From an uncultured Gammaproteobacteria bacterium (lineage in GTDB: Bacteria; Patescibacteriota; Patescibacteriia; VMEV01; CAYQCH01): DNA of 64,000 bases. Positions 44,885 to 57,568 of the stretch are shown piece after piece. Both the position numbers and the translations under genes were made by a program. The stretch lies in assembly GCA_964503955.1 (NCBI GenBank), contig CAZDCG010000002.1, positions 205,047 through 269,046 on the forward strand. The letters are read 5' to 3'. How positions within the stretch are numbered: the first letter of the stretch is position 1; each line of letters starts with the position of its first letter. Below the pieces are notes generated by a model. It ran no database searches and was not told the DNA's origin. It saw nothing but the letters and a program-made list of their open reading frames with translations.

Positions 44885-46286
44885 CCGCAAACACCCTGGC
44901 TTTATTCCCAAAGAACCTCATCAGCATAAGCCGCTGGATTTTCCTGAACATTTTCTATGGGGCGCGGCAACCTCCGCGCATCAGATTGAAGGTTGGAATG
45001 ACAAAAACGACTGGTGGGAGTGGGAGCATAAGAGCGGAACAATCGCTGACGGACAATTGTCGGGACGCGGACCGGATCATTATCATCTGTATAAAAAGGA
45101 TCATGATCTGCTAGAAGCTCTTTCGCTTGGCGCGTACCGTCTTTCTATTGAATGGAGCAGGATTGAGCCAACACCGGGGAAATTCAATGAGGAAGCGATT
45201 CAGCACTACCATGACGTTCTTGCTGACCTAAAACGGCGCGGCATCAAAGTCATGCTAACGCTGCATCATTTCACCATTCCGCAATGGTTTGCCCGCAAAG
45301 GGGGATTTGAAAAGAGGAGAAATGTTGCGGATTTTGTCAGATATGCAGAACGGTGTTTTGACGAATACCGTGATCTGGTTGATTTCTGGATAACCATCAA
45401 CGAACCGAATATTTATTCAATGATGTCGTATCTGCTTGGGATCTGGCCGCCTGGCAAGATTTCCTATTGGAGCTGTTATAACGTATTCGCGAATCTGGCC
45501 GCCGCCCATAAGGAAGTTTACAAATACATGCATGCGCAAAAAGCGGATGTTCAGGTTGGCGTTGCCATGAATGTGACATCTTTTTATAACTACAATAATC
45601 GATCGCTATTCGGCTGGCTCAGTGTGAATGTGATGGATTGGGTCTGGAATCATTGGTTTCTTGAAAAGACAGCCGGTACGCATGATTATCTGGGGATGAA
45701 CTATTATGTCCACAAACGCGTAAAAGGGATCAGCTCGCGTAATCTCGGCGCGCTCATGCGGGATAATCAAGGGGAGGGCAGAGAGAGGACGGATCTGGAT
45801 TGGGAGATCTTTGCGCCGGGTTTTTTTGACGCGCTGGTGAATTATTCGCAATACAAATTGCCGATATATGTAACCGAGAACGGGATCTCAACGTTGAATG
45901 ACCATGAGCGAGCGCGGTATATCGTTTCCTATGTGAAAGAGCTCTATCACGCCGTGAAAACCGGCGTGGATGTCCGCGGCTATTTCTATTGGTCCCTTAT
46001 GGACAATTTTGAGTGGGACAAGGGCTATAAATCACGTTTCGGATTGGTGAAAGTGGATTATCGAACACTTGAAAGAGAAATTCGGGCCAGCGCCAGACTC
46101 TACGGCCGTATCGCGGAACGAAACGGGATAGAACATGATTTGCTTAGATTTGTGGGGCATGGGGTTGATCCGGAAGCTTTTCTGAAAGAACGACAATCTG
46201 AGGAAGGGGAACCAGAGGAATATGCGTTTCCGAGAAGCCGTCAAAACGGGCGGACAAGGCGGAAGACGAACCGCCGTCAAGATTAA
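44874..46286 (+). CDS. GH1 beta-glucosidase
   Basis: FLWGAATSAHQIEG, TINEP, VTENG, WSLMDNFEW. Confidence 0.93.
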   Translation: MPNNRKHPGFIPKEPHQHKPLDFPEHFLWGAATSAHQIEGWNDKNDWWEWEHKSGTIADGQLSGRGPDHYHLYKKDHDLLEALSLGAYRLSIEWSRIEPTPGKFNEEAIQHYHDVLADLKRRGIKVMLTLHHFTIPQWFARKGGFEKRRNVADFVRYAERCFDEYRDLVDFWITINEPNIYSMMSYLLGIWPPGKISYWSCYNVFANLAAAHKEVYKYMHAQKADVQVGVAMNVTSFYNYNNRSLFGWLSVNVMDWVWNHWFLEKTAGTHDYLGMNYYVHKRVKGISSRNLGALMRDNQGEGRERTDLDWEIFAPGFFDALVNYSQYKLPIYVTENGISTLNDHERARYIVSYVKELYHAVKTGVDVRGYFYWSLMDNFEWDKGYKSRFGLVKVDYRTLEREIRASARLYGRIAERNGIEHDLLRFVGHGVDPEAFLKERQSEEGEPEEYAFPRSRQNGRTRRKTNRRQD

Positions 46287-46938
46287 GCGCTGATTCAAGC
46301 GGGAGCTCTTCAAGCAAGAGATTTGCTGCCTGGTAAAGGGTGACCGTACTGCGGTCGAAGATGATCACATAAAAGGCTTTGTCAGACCCGGTGGCAACGA
46401 TGGTCCTGCGGGCTGATTGGCCCGAATCTTCTCGAATTGCTGGTTGAGCATTTTTTATCAGAAAGGGGAATGTCTGAATCGCGGACAGGCCCGCAAGATC
46501 GGTTGGCAGGGTAGAGACAATCGATGCCGTACTGTTTCCCATGAGAAGGTATCCTGACTGGTTCTCATCATAGCTTCTGGTTCCTCTTTCCTCGCCGTCA
46601 ATAATCAGTCTGCCGGTCGGTTGTGACGCTTCATCAAAATACCCTCCGTTGAACAAAAGGCTGCGGTTTGGCTGCCGCAGTACCCATTCCTCTATGTGTT
46701 TTGGCTCGGTTTCATGAAATAATTGAGCTTGAATCAAATCAGTTTTAAGCCGATATGCCGTAAAGAATACGCTCCTTTCTCCGAGTTGCTTGCTGAATTC
46801 CTTGCGGGAGAAGGCAGGAGAAAGCTGCTCCCATTCCATCGCTTGCTCGGGAGAGGGCGAGATGCGTTCAGGGATCCGGCAGCTGATTCCGGTTAAAGCG
46901 ATAAGCGCGAGCAGGATGAGTATGCGTTTCATGCGCAT
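46144..46938 (-). CDS. Phosphodiester glycosidase (NAGPA) family lipoprotein
   Basis: Lipobox-like GISC, FNGGYF, ARRT, ALNLDGGSS. Confidence 0.85.
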   Translation of the reverse strand: MRMKRILILLALIALTGISCRIPERISPSPEQAMEWEQLSPAFSRKEFSKQLGERSVFFTAYRLKTDLIQAQLFHETEPKHIEEWVLRQPNRSLLFNGGYFDEASQPTGRLIIDGEERGTRSYDENQSGYLLMGNSTASIVSTLPTDLAGLSAIQTFPFLIKNAQPAIREDSGQSARRTIVATGSDKAFYVIIFDRSTVTLYQAANLLLEELPLESALNLDGGSSSALSARFDGFSETHIPLVPLPQIVVLSEKLPDQPHAPQI

Positions 46939-46968
46939 GGGTTAATTCTGTGATATACTTATTTTACT

Positions 46969-47424
46969 ATGGATTCCGCCGAACATGTAATTTTTAATTA
47001 TTCGCAGATCAACGATTCTATTTTTTTAGGAACGAATTTCTGCTGTTCCGGTCATTTTTCCCAGGATCTTCTTGAGAAGGGGATTCGCGCTGATATCAGC
47101 CTTGAAGCTGAGAGATTGGACCAGCCCGGGGGCGTTGATTACTATTTGTGGCTCCCGACCATTGATCATACGGCTCCGACCATCAATGCTCTTGTTTTAG
47201 GGGTTCAGATGCTGCATGTGATGAGCCAAAGAAAAATCAAAACCTATATTCATTGTAAAAACGGGCATGGCAGAGCACCAACGCTTTTAGCGGCATATTT
47301 CATTTCGCAGGGACAAAGCGTGAAACAGGCAATTCGCACAATCGCCAAAAAACGGCCTGAAATACACATAGAGCCTGTGCAGGTGGCTACTCTTGAGGAA
47401 TTTAAGCGTACTGTTCGTTGGTAA
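46969..47424 (+). CDS. Dual-specificity protein phosphatase family
   Basis: HCKNGHGRA (CX5R). Confidence 0.88.
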   Translation: MDSAEHVIFNYSQINDSIFLGTNFCCSGHFSQDLLEKGIRADISLEAERLDQPGGVDYYLWLPTIDHTAPTINALVLGVQMLHVMSQRKIKTYIHCKNGHGRAPTLLAAYFISQGQSVKQAIRTIAKKRPEIHIEPVQVATLEEFKRTVRW

Positions 47425-47428
47425 CCGT

Positions 47429-47959
47429 ATGGGGACATTTATTCCGGTAAAACTTGTCAGAATAGTAACCATTATCGGCCTGGTCTTGGCTGTTATCTTG
47501 TTTATCGCGATGGCGGTTCTACAGGCAATTTACCAGCCGCCGGCAGCTCAACCTGAGGACGCTCCTGCTTATCAGCCAGAAATATCAGCTCCGGAAGCTT
47601 ATGAATTCCTGAACACGTATTTTGATCAAATAAAAAGAGGGAATATAGACATTCTATTGAGCGATTTCTGGACGGATTCCGTCAGAGGTGAGATCGTTGC
47701 AAAGTGCGCGGATCCTCTCGGCCAAACAACTGATTCCTTGACAGTTCTCTGGGGGAAATGCGCCTCGCTTTCCGGTATTCGCGTTGAGATCATCGACATT
47801 GTCAAAACCGACGACGGGTATGAAGCTCTGATTCAGCTATACGATGCGAATGATCAAATTGCCGGCGTGGAGCTCAGGCCGGAGCGCGCGCTGGGGCTTC
47901 GTGTCCGCTTGATGCAGACCGATCAGGGATTACGTACTCCTGATTGGTATTTCCTTTAA
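47429..47959 (+). CDS. Membrane-anchored hypothetical protein
   Basis: N-terminal TM helix; fills the gap in a co-oriented run of genes. Confidence 0.55.
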   Translation: MGTFIPVKLVRIVTIIGLVLAVILFIAMAVLQAIYQPPAAQPEDAPAYQPEISAPEAYEFLNTYFDQIKRGNIDILLSDFWTDSVRGEIVAKCADPLGQTTDSLTVLWGKCASLSGIRVEIIDIVKTDDGYEALIQLYDANDQIAGVELRPERALGLRVRLMQTDQGLRTPDWYFL

Positions 47960-47992
47960 GGAAATCTCCTTGAATAACTATCAATAAACCTT

Positions 47993-48334
47993 ATGATTTG
48001 GATTCTTCGCCTCTTGATCAATGCTGCCGCCCTGATGGCTCTTCCGTATCTCATCAACGGCATTCAGGTAGAGAGCTTTTATATCGCTGTTGTCACGGCG
48101 GTCATTCTTGGCTTAATCAATATTTCGATCAAGCCGCTTGTGCACTTTTTAACCTTGCCGTTGAGTGTCTTAACTCTTGGCGTTTTTGCATTGATTGTGA
48201 ACGGGCTATTCTTCTGGTTTGTCGCAAGTTTTATCGATGGTTTTGCCGTAGCCGGTTTCTGGCCGGCTTTTTGGGGGGCATTGGTTATGACTCTGGTCTC
48301 ATGGATGACAAATCAGCTTTTGGATACAAAGTGA
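47993..48334 (+). CDS. Phage-holin-family-4-like membrane protein
   Basis: LGLIN..IKP..LTLPL..LTLG.F..IVNG, GFWPAFWGAL. Confidence 0.85.
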   Translation: MIWILRLLINAAALMALPYLINGIQVESFYIAVVTAVILGLINISIKPLVHFLTLPLSVLTLGVFALIVNGLFFWFVASFIDGFAVAGFWPAFWGALVMTLVSWMTNQLLDTK

Positions 48335-48335
48335 T

Positions 48336-49262
48336 TTACTCGCAGCGTTTGCCAAGGAGTTGTTGATATCCTCTCAGGAAAGCGTCCGCAGAAAGGACGC
48401 TTTTTCCTTCCGGCTGCAAAAGCGTGATTTGCAGCGGAGCGTCGGAAGCCTGAATATAGAGATGATCGTCTGCCGCAAAGACGGTACCGGGTGCATGGGG
48501 CTGGTCGGTTTGCGGTACGAGGTTTGCTTGTAAAATCTTTATGCGAGGACCGTCTTCAAACTTTGTCCAAGCAATGGGTTTGTCGTAATACGCCCGGATC
48601 TGGCGGTCGATCTGAGCGGCGGTTTTCTTCCAATCAATTTTTGCGTCCTCTTTGGAGATCAGCTTTGTATAGGTTGCCTGCTCATGATCCTGCTCAAGAG
48701 GCTTTAGTTTGCCTTTGAGGATGTCAGGGAGGCACTTTGTCAATGTATCTGCTCCTTCCTGGGCCAATTTTGCGTGCAGCGACTGATAGGTGTCGGCAGG
48801 CGATATGGGGACATGTTTGATGAAATAAACCGGACCATGATCCATTTTTTCATCCATTTGCATAATCGAAATCCCTGAGACTTCATCGCCGTGCAGAATC
48901 GCGGATTGAATCGGGCTTGCGCCGCGATGAAAAGGGAGGATTGATCCATGCACATTAATCGCGCCTTGCTTTGGAATCGCCAGCAAATCTTTTGAGATAA
49001 TCTGCCCGTAAGCCGCGACGATGAATACATCAGGGTTAAGGTCGGTCAGAAGCTGTTTGAGTTCCTCGGCGCGCTCAGGCTGGGCGATTCTCAGCCGGTG
49101 ATGGTCGCAAACATCCTTTACCGGGGGAGGAGTAATGGTTTGTTTTCTGCCAACTGGGCGGTCCGGCTGGGTAACTACCAGCTCCGGAAAATAAAAATCG
49201 CTGAGCAGCTTCTCTAATATGGCGACAGCGAAATCGGATGTACCAAAAAAGACGAATTTCAT
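48336..49262 (-). CDS. fmt: Methionyl-tRNA formyltransferase
   Basis: FFGTSDFA, VTQPDRP.GR, NVHGSILP..RGASPI. Confidence 0.95.
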   Translation of the reverse strand: MKFVFFGTSDFAVAILEKLLSDFYFPELVVTQPDRPVGRKQTITPPPVKDVCDHHRLRIAQPERAEELKQLLTDLNPDVFIVAAYGQIISKDLLAIPKQGAINVHGSILPFHRGASPIQSAILHGDEVSGISIMQMDEKMDHGPVYFIKHVPISPADTYQSLHAKLAQEGADTLTKCLPDILKGKLKPLEQDHEQATYTKLISKEDAKIDWKKTAAQIDRQIRAYYDKPIAWTKFEDGPRIKILQANLVPQTDQPHAPGTVFAADDHLYIQASDAPLQITLLQPEGKSVLSADAFLRGYQQLLGKRCE

Positions 49263-49277
49263 AAAAAAGAAGCCCTG

Positions 49278-49775
49278 TTAAAGGGCGGGCGCAATTTCAG
49301 GGATTTCAGCGCGGTCAAAATCTTCGATCCGGTCGATAAAGAGCACGCCGTTGAGATGGTCAATTTCGTGCTGGATCACGCGCGCAAAAAGCCCCTTGGC
49401 ATCATGAACCTGCGGGTTGCCATCAATGTCAAGACTTTCAACAACGATTGACTTGCTTCGTTTTACAAATCCGAATTCTCCGGGAACGCTGAGACAGCCT
49501 TCTTCACCCAGTTCCTCCTCTTTAGAGCGTGAAACGATTTCCGGATTGACAAAGGGGATGGCTCCGCCTTTTGTTTCGACGACGATGACGCGCGCGTCAA
49601 CGCCCACCTGAATGGCGGCTAGTCCGATGCCATTTTCCTTTCGCATGGTATGAGCCATGTCCATGACAAGCTCCTTGACGCCTTCAGCCTGAACATCCTG
49701 AACGGGTTTTGCGGTACGGCGCAAAAACGGGTCAGGTTCGGCAAGGACACGCAATCTTTTCGGTTTTTTAGGCAT
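49278..49775 (-). CDS. def: Peptide deformylase
   Basis: GIGLAA.Q, EGCLS, QHEIDHLNG. Confidence 0.96.
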   Translation of the reverse strand: MPKKPKRLRVLAEPDPFLRRTAKPVQDVQAEGVKELVMDMAHTMRKENGIGLAAIQVGVDARVIVVETKGGAIPFVNPEIVSRSKEEELGEEGCLSVPGEFGFVKRSKSIVVESLDIDGNPQVHDAKGLFARVIQHEIDHLNGVLFIDRIEDFDRAEIPEIAPAL

Positions 49776-49777
49776 GG

Positions 49778-51649
49778 TTAGGCAAACGGCGTTAAATCGA
49801 TAATAAGCCTACTATAAACAGATTTTAATGATTTGTCAAGGTTGTAGCTGGACAGGATCTTTGGGGTGAGAAGATCCCAGCGAAGAGATTTTTTCCCTTG
49901 TTTATCAAGCTCTTCGCTTGGTCCGATAAAACTGATTCCTTCGTTGCTAAGTTCCTGCAGCACTGACGTGATTTTTTTCACTTCAGGCAATTCTGCGTGT
50001 TTTGGATCACGCAGAATAAGGCGGCTTGCATGGCGGAAAGGCGGAAAGCCAAAACTCTTGCGCGCGGCAAGCTCTTTGACGAGAAAAGAAGGGTAGTCGC
50101 GGCTGATGATTTGTTCAACCAGGGGCGAATGTTCAGGAAGCCTTGTTTGGACAGTCACGCGGGCCTGGAAGTAATCATGCGCTTCAATGGCGGCCTGCTG
50201 GATCGTTGTAAGAAACTGTTCGCTTGCCCGGTAATCGGGCGCAAAGAGCTGGTTTTCTGGGTTGAAGAGAATTACATCGGAAAGGTTTTTCACTCCCGCA
50301 TAATAGAGCTTCTTGAGAAGTCCTGGTGTTGTGATGTAGATGCCTTGCGCATGCGTATCGGCTTTTTCAAGCAGGCCGCTTGTGATGGGGATGAGTTTCC
50401 AGGAAAAAGGAGCAAGAGCGGTCATGACACCCTGGATACCGGCTCCAAACGGAAGAATTCTTGGTCCGCCGCATTGTGGGCAGACAACAGGCAATGGGAA
50501 TTCTTTTTCGCATTGCGGGCAGCGAAGTTTATCAGCATAAACCTGTAAAGTTTTCGCGCATCCGTCGCAATACCATTGATGGCGGCAATTCAGACAGTGA
50601 AGCGTCCGGCCAAGCCCTTTGTGTGAAACCACAATCGCGGCTGAGGAACCCTTTTCCTGAACCGTTTCAAGCAGCTCTTCAATCGACGGATGCAGGAGAG
50701 GCTTTGACGATTCGTGATAGACGATTGAAAGAGGAGGAAGAGCTGGGGAAAGGCGGTTGAATCTCCGGCCGGCTGCTGTTTCCACCCGCGGCGCATAAGC
50801 AACAAAGAAAAGTTTTGCCTTAAGCTGCTCAGCAAGCAGGCGGGCGGCGATGCGATTATCAAGAAATGGAAGGGCGTCCCATTGCTTATGCTCCGGCTTT
50901 TCTTCCTGATCCACGACAATGGTTGCTAAGTCTGGCAATGGGGCAAAGAGGGCTGAGCGCGTACCGATAATCACCTGATTGCCTTGTTTCATTTCTTCCC
51001 AGATCCTTGTCTGGGCGGACTTGCTTTGATCATGTCCTTTCCAGAGAATGCACCTTTTTTCCGAGTCGTGGAGGAGATTTGCCAATTCCAAGGCGTCAAT
51101 AAACTGCGGGGTTATAATCAAAACACTGCCTTGCGAAGAGCGGATGAGCTCTCGATAGGCGGAAATTTTTTGACTCAAGGAGAAAACCTGCAGAATGGCG
51201 GAACGGTCTTTCTTGTCTGTTTCAAACCCTGTTGGGATCGGTTTGATCAGCACCGGAGGAGGGGAAATCTGCAGAGTATCCGCTGGAGGATGTTTCTCCT
51301 TTGCTGCGCGCGTCAACAGATGGGGAGCAAAGGTGAAAAAAAGGAGAGAAAGCGGAACATTGTACCATTTAGCAAGTATTTGTACGGTTTTGATATGCTC
51401 TCTTGTCCAACTTGGCGAGCTTTCCATGAGGGCTGAAACAGGTTTGATCTGTTTCCATGCGCTTGTTTCCGTGCGCGCGGTCACAACCCCGAATATTTGT
51501 CCGTTCCGAAAGGGAACTTTTACAATCGATCCGACGGTGATCGACGCGGCAATGTCTTTATCGTCAACCCGGTACGTAAAAACAGAAGCTGCATGCGGCA
51601 GCCTCTTGAACGGAACAACATCGACGAAAAAAGGTTTATTTGCGGACAT
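49778..51649 (-). CDS. priA: Primosomal protein N' (PriA), helicase motifs degenerate
   Basis: FTY..VKVPFR 3'-binding domain, IGTRSALFAP, four CxxC, GFPPF; no recognisable Walker A. Confidence 0.8.
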   Translation of the reverse strand: MSANKPFFVDVVPFKRLPHAASVFTYRVDDKDIAASITVGSIVKVPFRNGQIFGVVTARTETSAWKQIKPVSALMESSPSWTREHIKTVQILAKWYNVPLSLLFFTFAPHLLTRAAKEKHPPADTLQISPPPVLIKPIPTGFETDKKDRSAILQVFSLSQKISAYRELIRSSQGSVLIITPQFIDALELANLLHDSEKRCILWKGHDQSKSAQTRIWEEMKQGNQVIIGTRSALFAPLPDLATIVVDQEEKPEHKQWDALPFLDNRIAARLLAEQLKAKLFFVAYAPRVETAAGRRFNRLSPALPPLSIVYHESSKPLLHPSIEELLETVQEKGSSAAIVVSHKGLGRTLHCLNCRHQWYCDGCAKTLQVYADKLRCPQCEKEFPLPVVCPQCGGPRILPFGAGIQGVMTALAPFSWKLIPITSGLLEKADTHAQGIYITTPGLLKKLYYAGVKNLSDVILFNPENQLFAPDYRASEQFLTTIQQAAIEAHDYFQARVTVQTRLPEHSPLVEQIISRDYPSFLVKELAARKSFGFPPFRHASRLILRDPKHAELPEVKKITSVLQELSNEGISFIGPSEELDKQGKKSLRWDLLTPKILSSYNLDKSLKSVYSRLIIDLTPFA

Positions 51650-52370
51650 ATTGGCCGATAAGCAAAGGCGTTTCTTGCATATCCCAGTACAACTCCTGGT
51701 AGAGGCACTCGTTCTTGATCAGCTCGATAAGAAGTTCATACGCGGCGAAGAAATCAGGGGGGATCGTTTCCGGCTCAGAAGGGTGGTCGGCCAGCGACTG
51801 CATATGCAATATCTGCTCGCGAAGCGCATGGCAGTAAGCAAGAAAATGCTGTTTTTTCTTCTGATCAGAAAAACCAAATGAGATTGGCAGCAAAAGAGCA
51901 TAAGGCTCATTTGCAAGTTCTTCTTTGATGGATTCAGTAATGATCTGAGACTGCTTTTGATCGGGAAAACCCGTCAAATGCAGAGGAAGAATACTCGTCT
52001 GGTTTAAACCTTCGGGAAAGAGCGCATGAAGCACAAGGCTTGTCTGATATCCGATGTGAGGATAATCAATCGGCTCGGCAAGAGATCCCAGTTTTGGCAT
52101 GAGCCGGTGGTAGGCATCCCACCAGAAAGGTGCATCTTCATCAATGGACAGATTTCCAAGGTCCTTGAGCGTGATCTGCAATTTTGGGTGTACCTGCATT
52201 GCAAGGATCCCTTGCCGCTCGACATCAGCTTCTCCGCGCAAAATGAGAAGTTTTTTTATCGAACGGTTTTGCAATTCGCGCCGGACGGCTGTAAGAGCCT
52301 TGGTCAGCGCGCCATTGTTTTGCTCCAGCAAAAGCGGGGAACTGGAAATGAGAGCGGCGTATGCGAGCAT
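51636..52370 (-). CDS. Hypothetical protein, weak resemblance to LigB/AmmeMemo-B-like fold
   Basis: N-terminal AYAALISSSPLLL resembles the AAxxPHPPxL start; coupled to priA. Confidence 0.4.
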   Translation of the reverse strand: MLAYAALISSSPLLLEQNNGALTKALTAVRRELQNRSIKKLLILRGEADVERQGILAMQVHPKLQITLKDLGNLSIDEDAPFWWDAYHRLMPKLGSLAEPIDYPHIGYQTSLVLHALFPEGLNQTSILPLHLTGFPDQKQSQIITESIKEELANEPYALLLPISFGFSDQKKKQHFLAYCHALREQILHMQSLADHPSEPETIPPDFFAAYELLIELIKNECLYQELYWDMQETPLLIGQYVRK

Positions 52371-52375
52371 AGAAG

Positions 52376-53794
52376 CTAGAGAGATTGCTGGTGTTCATCC
52401 GCCATCTCAGATGCTTCTTCATCTGTGATCGGCGAGGATACCGTGATCATATCTCCCGTCTGGTGAAGGATGAGGAGCTGATCTGAAATTGTCTGGATGC
52501 GGTCCCATTTGTACCCGAGCGAATTGAAGGTATACTCTGAATCAATCGGATGTTTTTTCCCATTTGAAATCACGTACACGGTCGGATCGGACGGACTTTT
52601 GACCAGGTAACCGTCTTTAAGCATGACAGGCGCCCCTTTTGTATAGCGGGACAATTCCTCTACAGTACCTTTGCGCACACGCAAATTCGGAAAATTGAGC
52701 GTAAGCAGTTCTGGGGCTACAAGAGGGGATTTCACGCCGTTTTTAACGAAATAGATGCCGTAGGTTTCCGGGTCCTGAATCAGGCTGCCTAGCGGTTCAA
52801 GCGACGCGCTGGTAATGGGAGCGCCTTCTTTGAAGAAATCAAGTTCAGCCGGGGTGACATCAACGACTTCATCTTCTGTATAACCGAGCTGGCGGAAGAC
52901 AAAGTCATCCGCAATCAGGCGGCGCTCATTATCAACCAGCAAATAGACCTGCCCATTGGCGAGACGCAGAATGCTTTGTTCAGGGTACGCAATAGGAGAG
53001 CCTGTCGGATACTGTTCAAGAGCCTGCAGCGGAACCTGAATAATGTTTTCTTTATTATAACGTGTTGTTAGGGCCGACAGGCTGGTGAACGGATGCCGCA
53101 CGCCATTGCGGAGCAGCCAGACGCCTGGTTCGCCGTATGCCTGAAGCAATGAACCGTCCGGGTAGGAGAGGAGGGTTCCAAACCAGCTGTCCCAGAGGCG
53201 CGCAAAAAGTTTATTCCCTTGAATATGCGGCGTGTAATTGTACAATGCTGCGGTTGATGAATTTTTAATAAAGACTTCCTGTCCGTTGATCGTGTAGGTT
53301 GCTCCTGGTTTGTAATAGAATTGATCAATATTTTCAACAAAATACCGTGTTCTTGCCGCCGCATGGTCAAGCTGTTTTGAAAAGCCTTTGAATTTCATGA
53401 CAATCGGGTGTTCAGGCGAGCAGGAATCGCAAAGCGCATATCCCGTGGCCCAGCTTATTTGCGTATCATACGGCTCAGGATCGGTAATCAGGCCCTGTTC
53501 TTTTTGCAGAAGAACGAGGAGATAGCGCGGGTTGACCCTGTTTCGAAGCGCCGCGTCATGGATAATCATGGCCGCGGTTTTGAGGTGGCCGTCGATATCG
53601 ATATCAAAATAATTTTTGAGAACACCCGAGTGCTCATCAAGGAAATCCTGTATTTCCTCAACATTCATGGAGCCGTAGGCAAAGAGGTCTGCATCCTGGA
53701 TGATGAGGCCCGGATCGTATGTGAATGCGCGGGCAGGGGAAGCGAACGGAAAAACCAAAGAAATCACCAGAAAATAAAGGGGAATTTTTTTCAT
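52376..53794 (-). CDS. Secreted protein: lysozyme-like N-terminal domain + CPR-type repeats
   Basis: Signal peptide; NPRYLLVLLQKEQGL, TAALYNYTPH; four GSLL..VY.I.NG.K repeats. Confidence 0.7.
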   Translation of the reverse strand: MKKIPLYFLVISLVFPFASPARAFTYDPGLIIQDADLFAYGSMNVEEIQDFLDEHSGVLKNYFDIDIDGHLKTAAMIIHDAALRNRVNPRYLLVLLQKEQGLITDPEPYDTQISWATGYALCDSCSPEHPIVMKFKGFSKQLDHAAARTRYFVENIDQFYYKPGATYTINGQEVFIKNSSTAALYNYTPHIQGNKLFARLWDSWFGTLLSYPDGSLLQAYGEPGVWLLRNGVRHPFTSLSALTTRYNKENIIQVPLQALEQYPTGSPIAYPEQSILRLANGQVYLLVDNERRLIADDFVFRQLGYTEDEVVDVTPAELDFFKEGAPITSASLEPLGSLIQDPETYGIYFVKNGVKSPLVAPELLTLNFPNLRVRKGTVEELSRYTKGAPVMLKDGYLVKSPSDPTVYVISNGKKHPIDSEYTFNSLGYKWDRIQTISDQLLILHQTGDMITVSSPITDEEASEMADEHQQSL

Positions 53795-53835
53795 AGTGAA
53801 AAGATTTTAACACGCAAAACCTCGCCTGACAAATG

Positions 53836-53860
53836 AAAAAGGGCCGTTGCGGCCCTTTTT
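53836..53860 (-). terminator. clpB terminator
   Basis: AAAAAGGGCCG-ttg-CGGCCCTTTTT. Confidence 0.8.
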
Positions 53861-53861
53861 G

Positions 53862-56507
<2,646 letters not shown>

Positions 56508-56524
56508 AATGTGGGAATGGTGTT

Positions 56525-56584
56525 TTAGCACTCGCATTCGTTGAGTGCTAATCTCAGAATACTATGCCTGCTTTCATGGGTCAA
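56525..56584 (-). promoter_or_regulatory. Perfect CIRCE and promoter of clpB
   Basis: TTAGCACTC-N9-GAGTGCTAA at 56525-51; minus-strand TTGACC-17-TATTCT. Confidence 0.93.
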
Positions 56585-56760
56585 GCGCGCGGATATCGCC
56601 ATAAATCAGTGCGCTCTGTCATAAAATTTTGACGTGCTTTTGCCACACAACACCATTGAATATTGTAACGTTTGATGAGGATACAGGCTGAAAAAAGGCT
56701 TATCTCAGCCTTGACATCTTTATCCTCACTGGTCACCATGGATCATTCCAAGGAGGAGAC

Positions 56761-57558
56761 ATGGCCAGAAGGAAACGATCGTTCTTTTTCATCATACCGT
56801 TGCTGGCGGCCGGATGTTCCGGGCTGCCTGAAGAGAGAGAACTTCCGCATCTGGACGCGGCCAATGAGACGATCATGGTTTACAGCGACCATGTCAGAGG
56901 GCGCATCGCGGAGCGGATGCTTGAACACCAGCGCCAGTCCCAGAATCTTGCCGATTTGATTGCCTTCTACGGAGACATCAAGGCCAACGGGCCCGGCTGG
57001 TTCGAGGAAGACAATGCCGAGACCAAGGCCTTTACCAGGGTTCTCTCGGTCATGACGCATATCCAGAGCTTGCAAGTTGCCAATGGCAATGACTTGTTCT
57101 CGGTTGCATGCGTGCAGGCTGAGGAGGCGATCCGGCTCAGGCAGCTGGCGGAGAAGTGCGGCGCGCAGGTCCCGCAGCGTACCAATTATCTGCTGCTTGC
57201 TCAGCAGTATGAGGAATTTTCCAAGCAGAACATCGCGCTTGGCGAATCCTTTTTCAAGAAGGCCCGCACGACGGGGAATGAGTACCACACCTTCCTGGTG
57301 CAGAACGGAAGGTTGCCGGACATCAACGTGGACGACACGCAGATCGTGATCAAGGAGCCGGTGGCTGTTCCGGTGCCTGTGATCCCGTTGCCCGTTCCGC
57401 CTCAGCCGCAAGAGCCCCCGGCTGCACCGGCACCGGATATCCAGCCTGAGCCCACACCAGCACCCGATCAGCAGCCGCCTGCCGCGCCTGAGGATCCTCC
57501 GGTTCGTCTGGGGCAACCGCTTTCCGGTCAACCCGCTCCAGCCGTTCCCCCCAAGTAG
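56761..57558 (+). CDS. Putative lipoprotein with Pro-rich C-terminus
   Basis: SD AAGGAGG, lipobox LAAGC, PQPQEPPAAPAP tail. Confidence 0.7.
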   Translation: MARRKRSFFFIIPLLAAGCSGLPEERELPHLDAANETIMVYSDHVRGRIAERMLEHQRQSQNLADLIAFYGDIKANGPGWFEEDNAETKAFTRVLSVMTHIQSLQVANGNDLFSVACVQAEEAIRLRQLAEKCGAQVPQRTNYLLLAQQYEEFSKQNIALGESFFKKARTTGNEYHTFLVQNGRLPDINVDDTQIVIKEPVAVPVPVIPLPVPPQPQEPPAAPAPDIQPEPTPAPDQQPPAAPEDPPVRLGQPLSGQPAPAVPPK

Positions 57559-57568
57559 GCTTGCCTGT

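Noticed and set aside
47993-48334. Prophage lysis cassette
   Set aside because: The holin-like family is commonly chromosomal; no endolysin or phage genes nearby.
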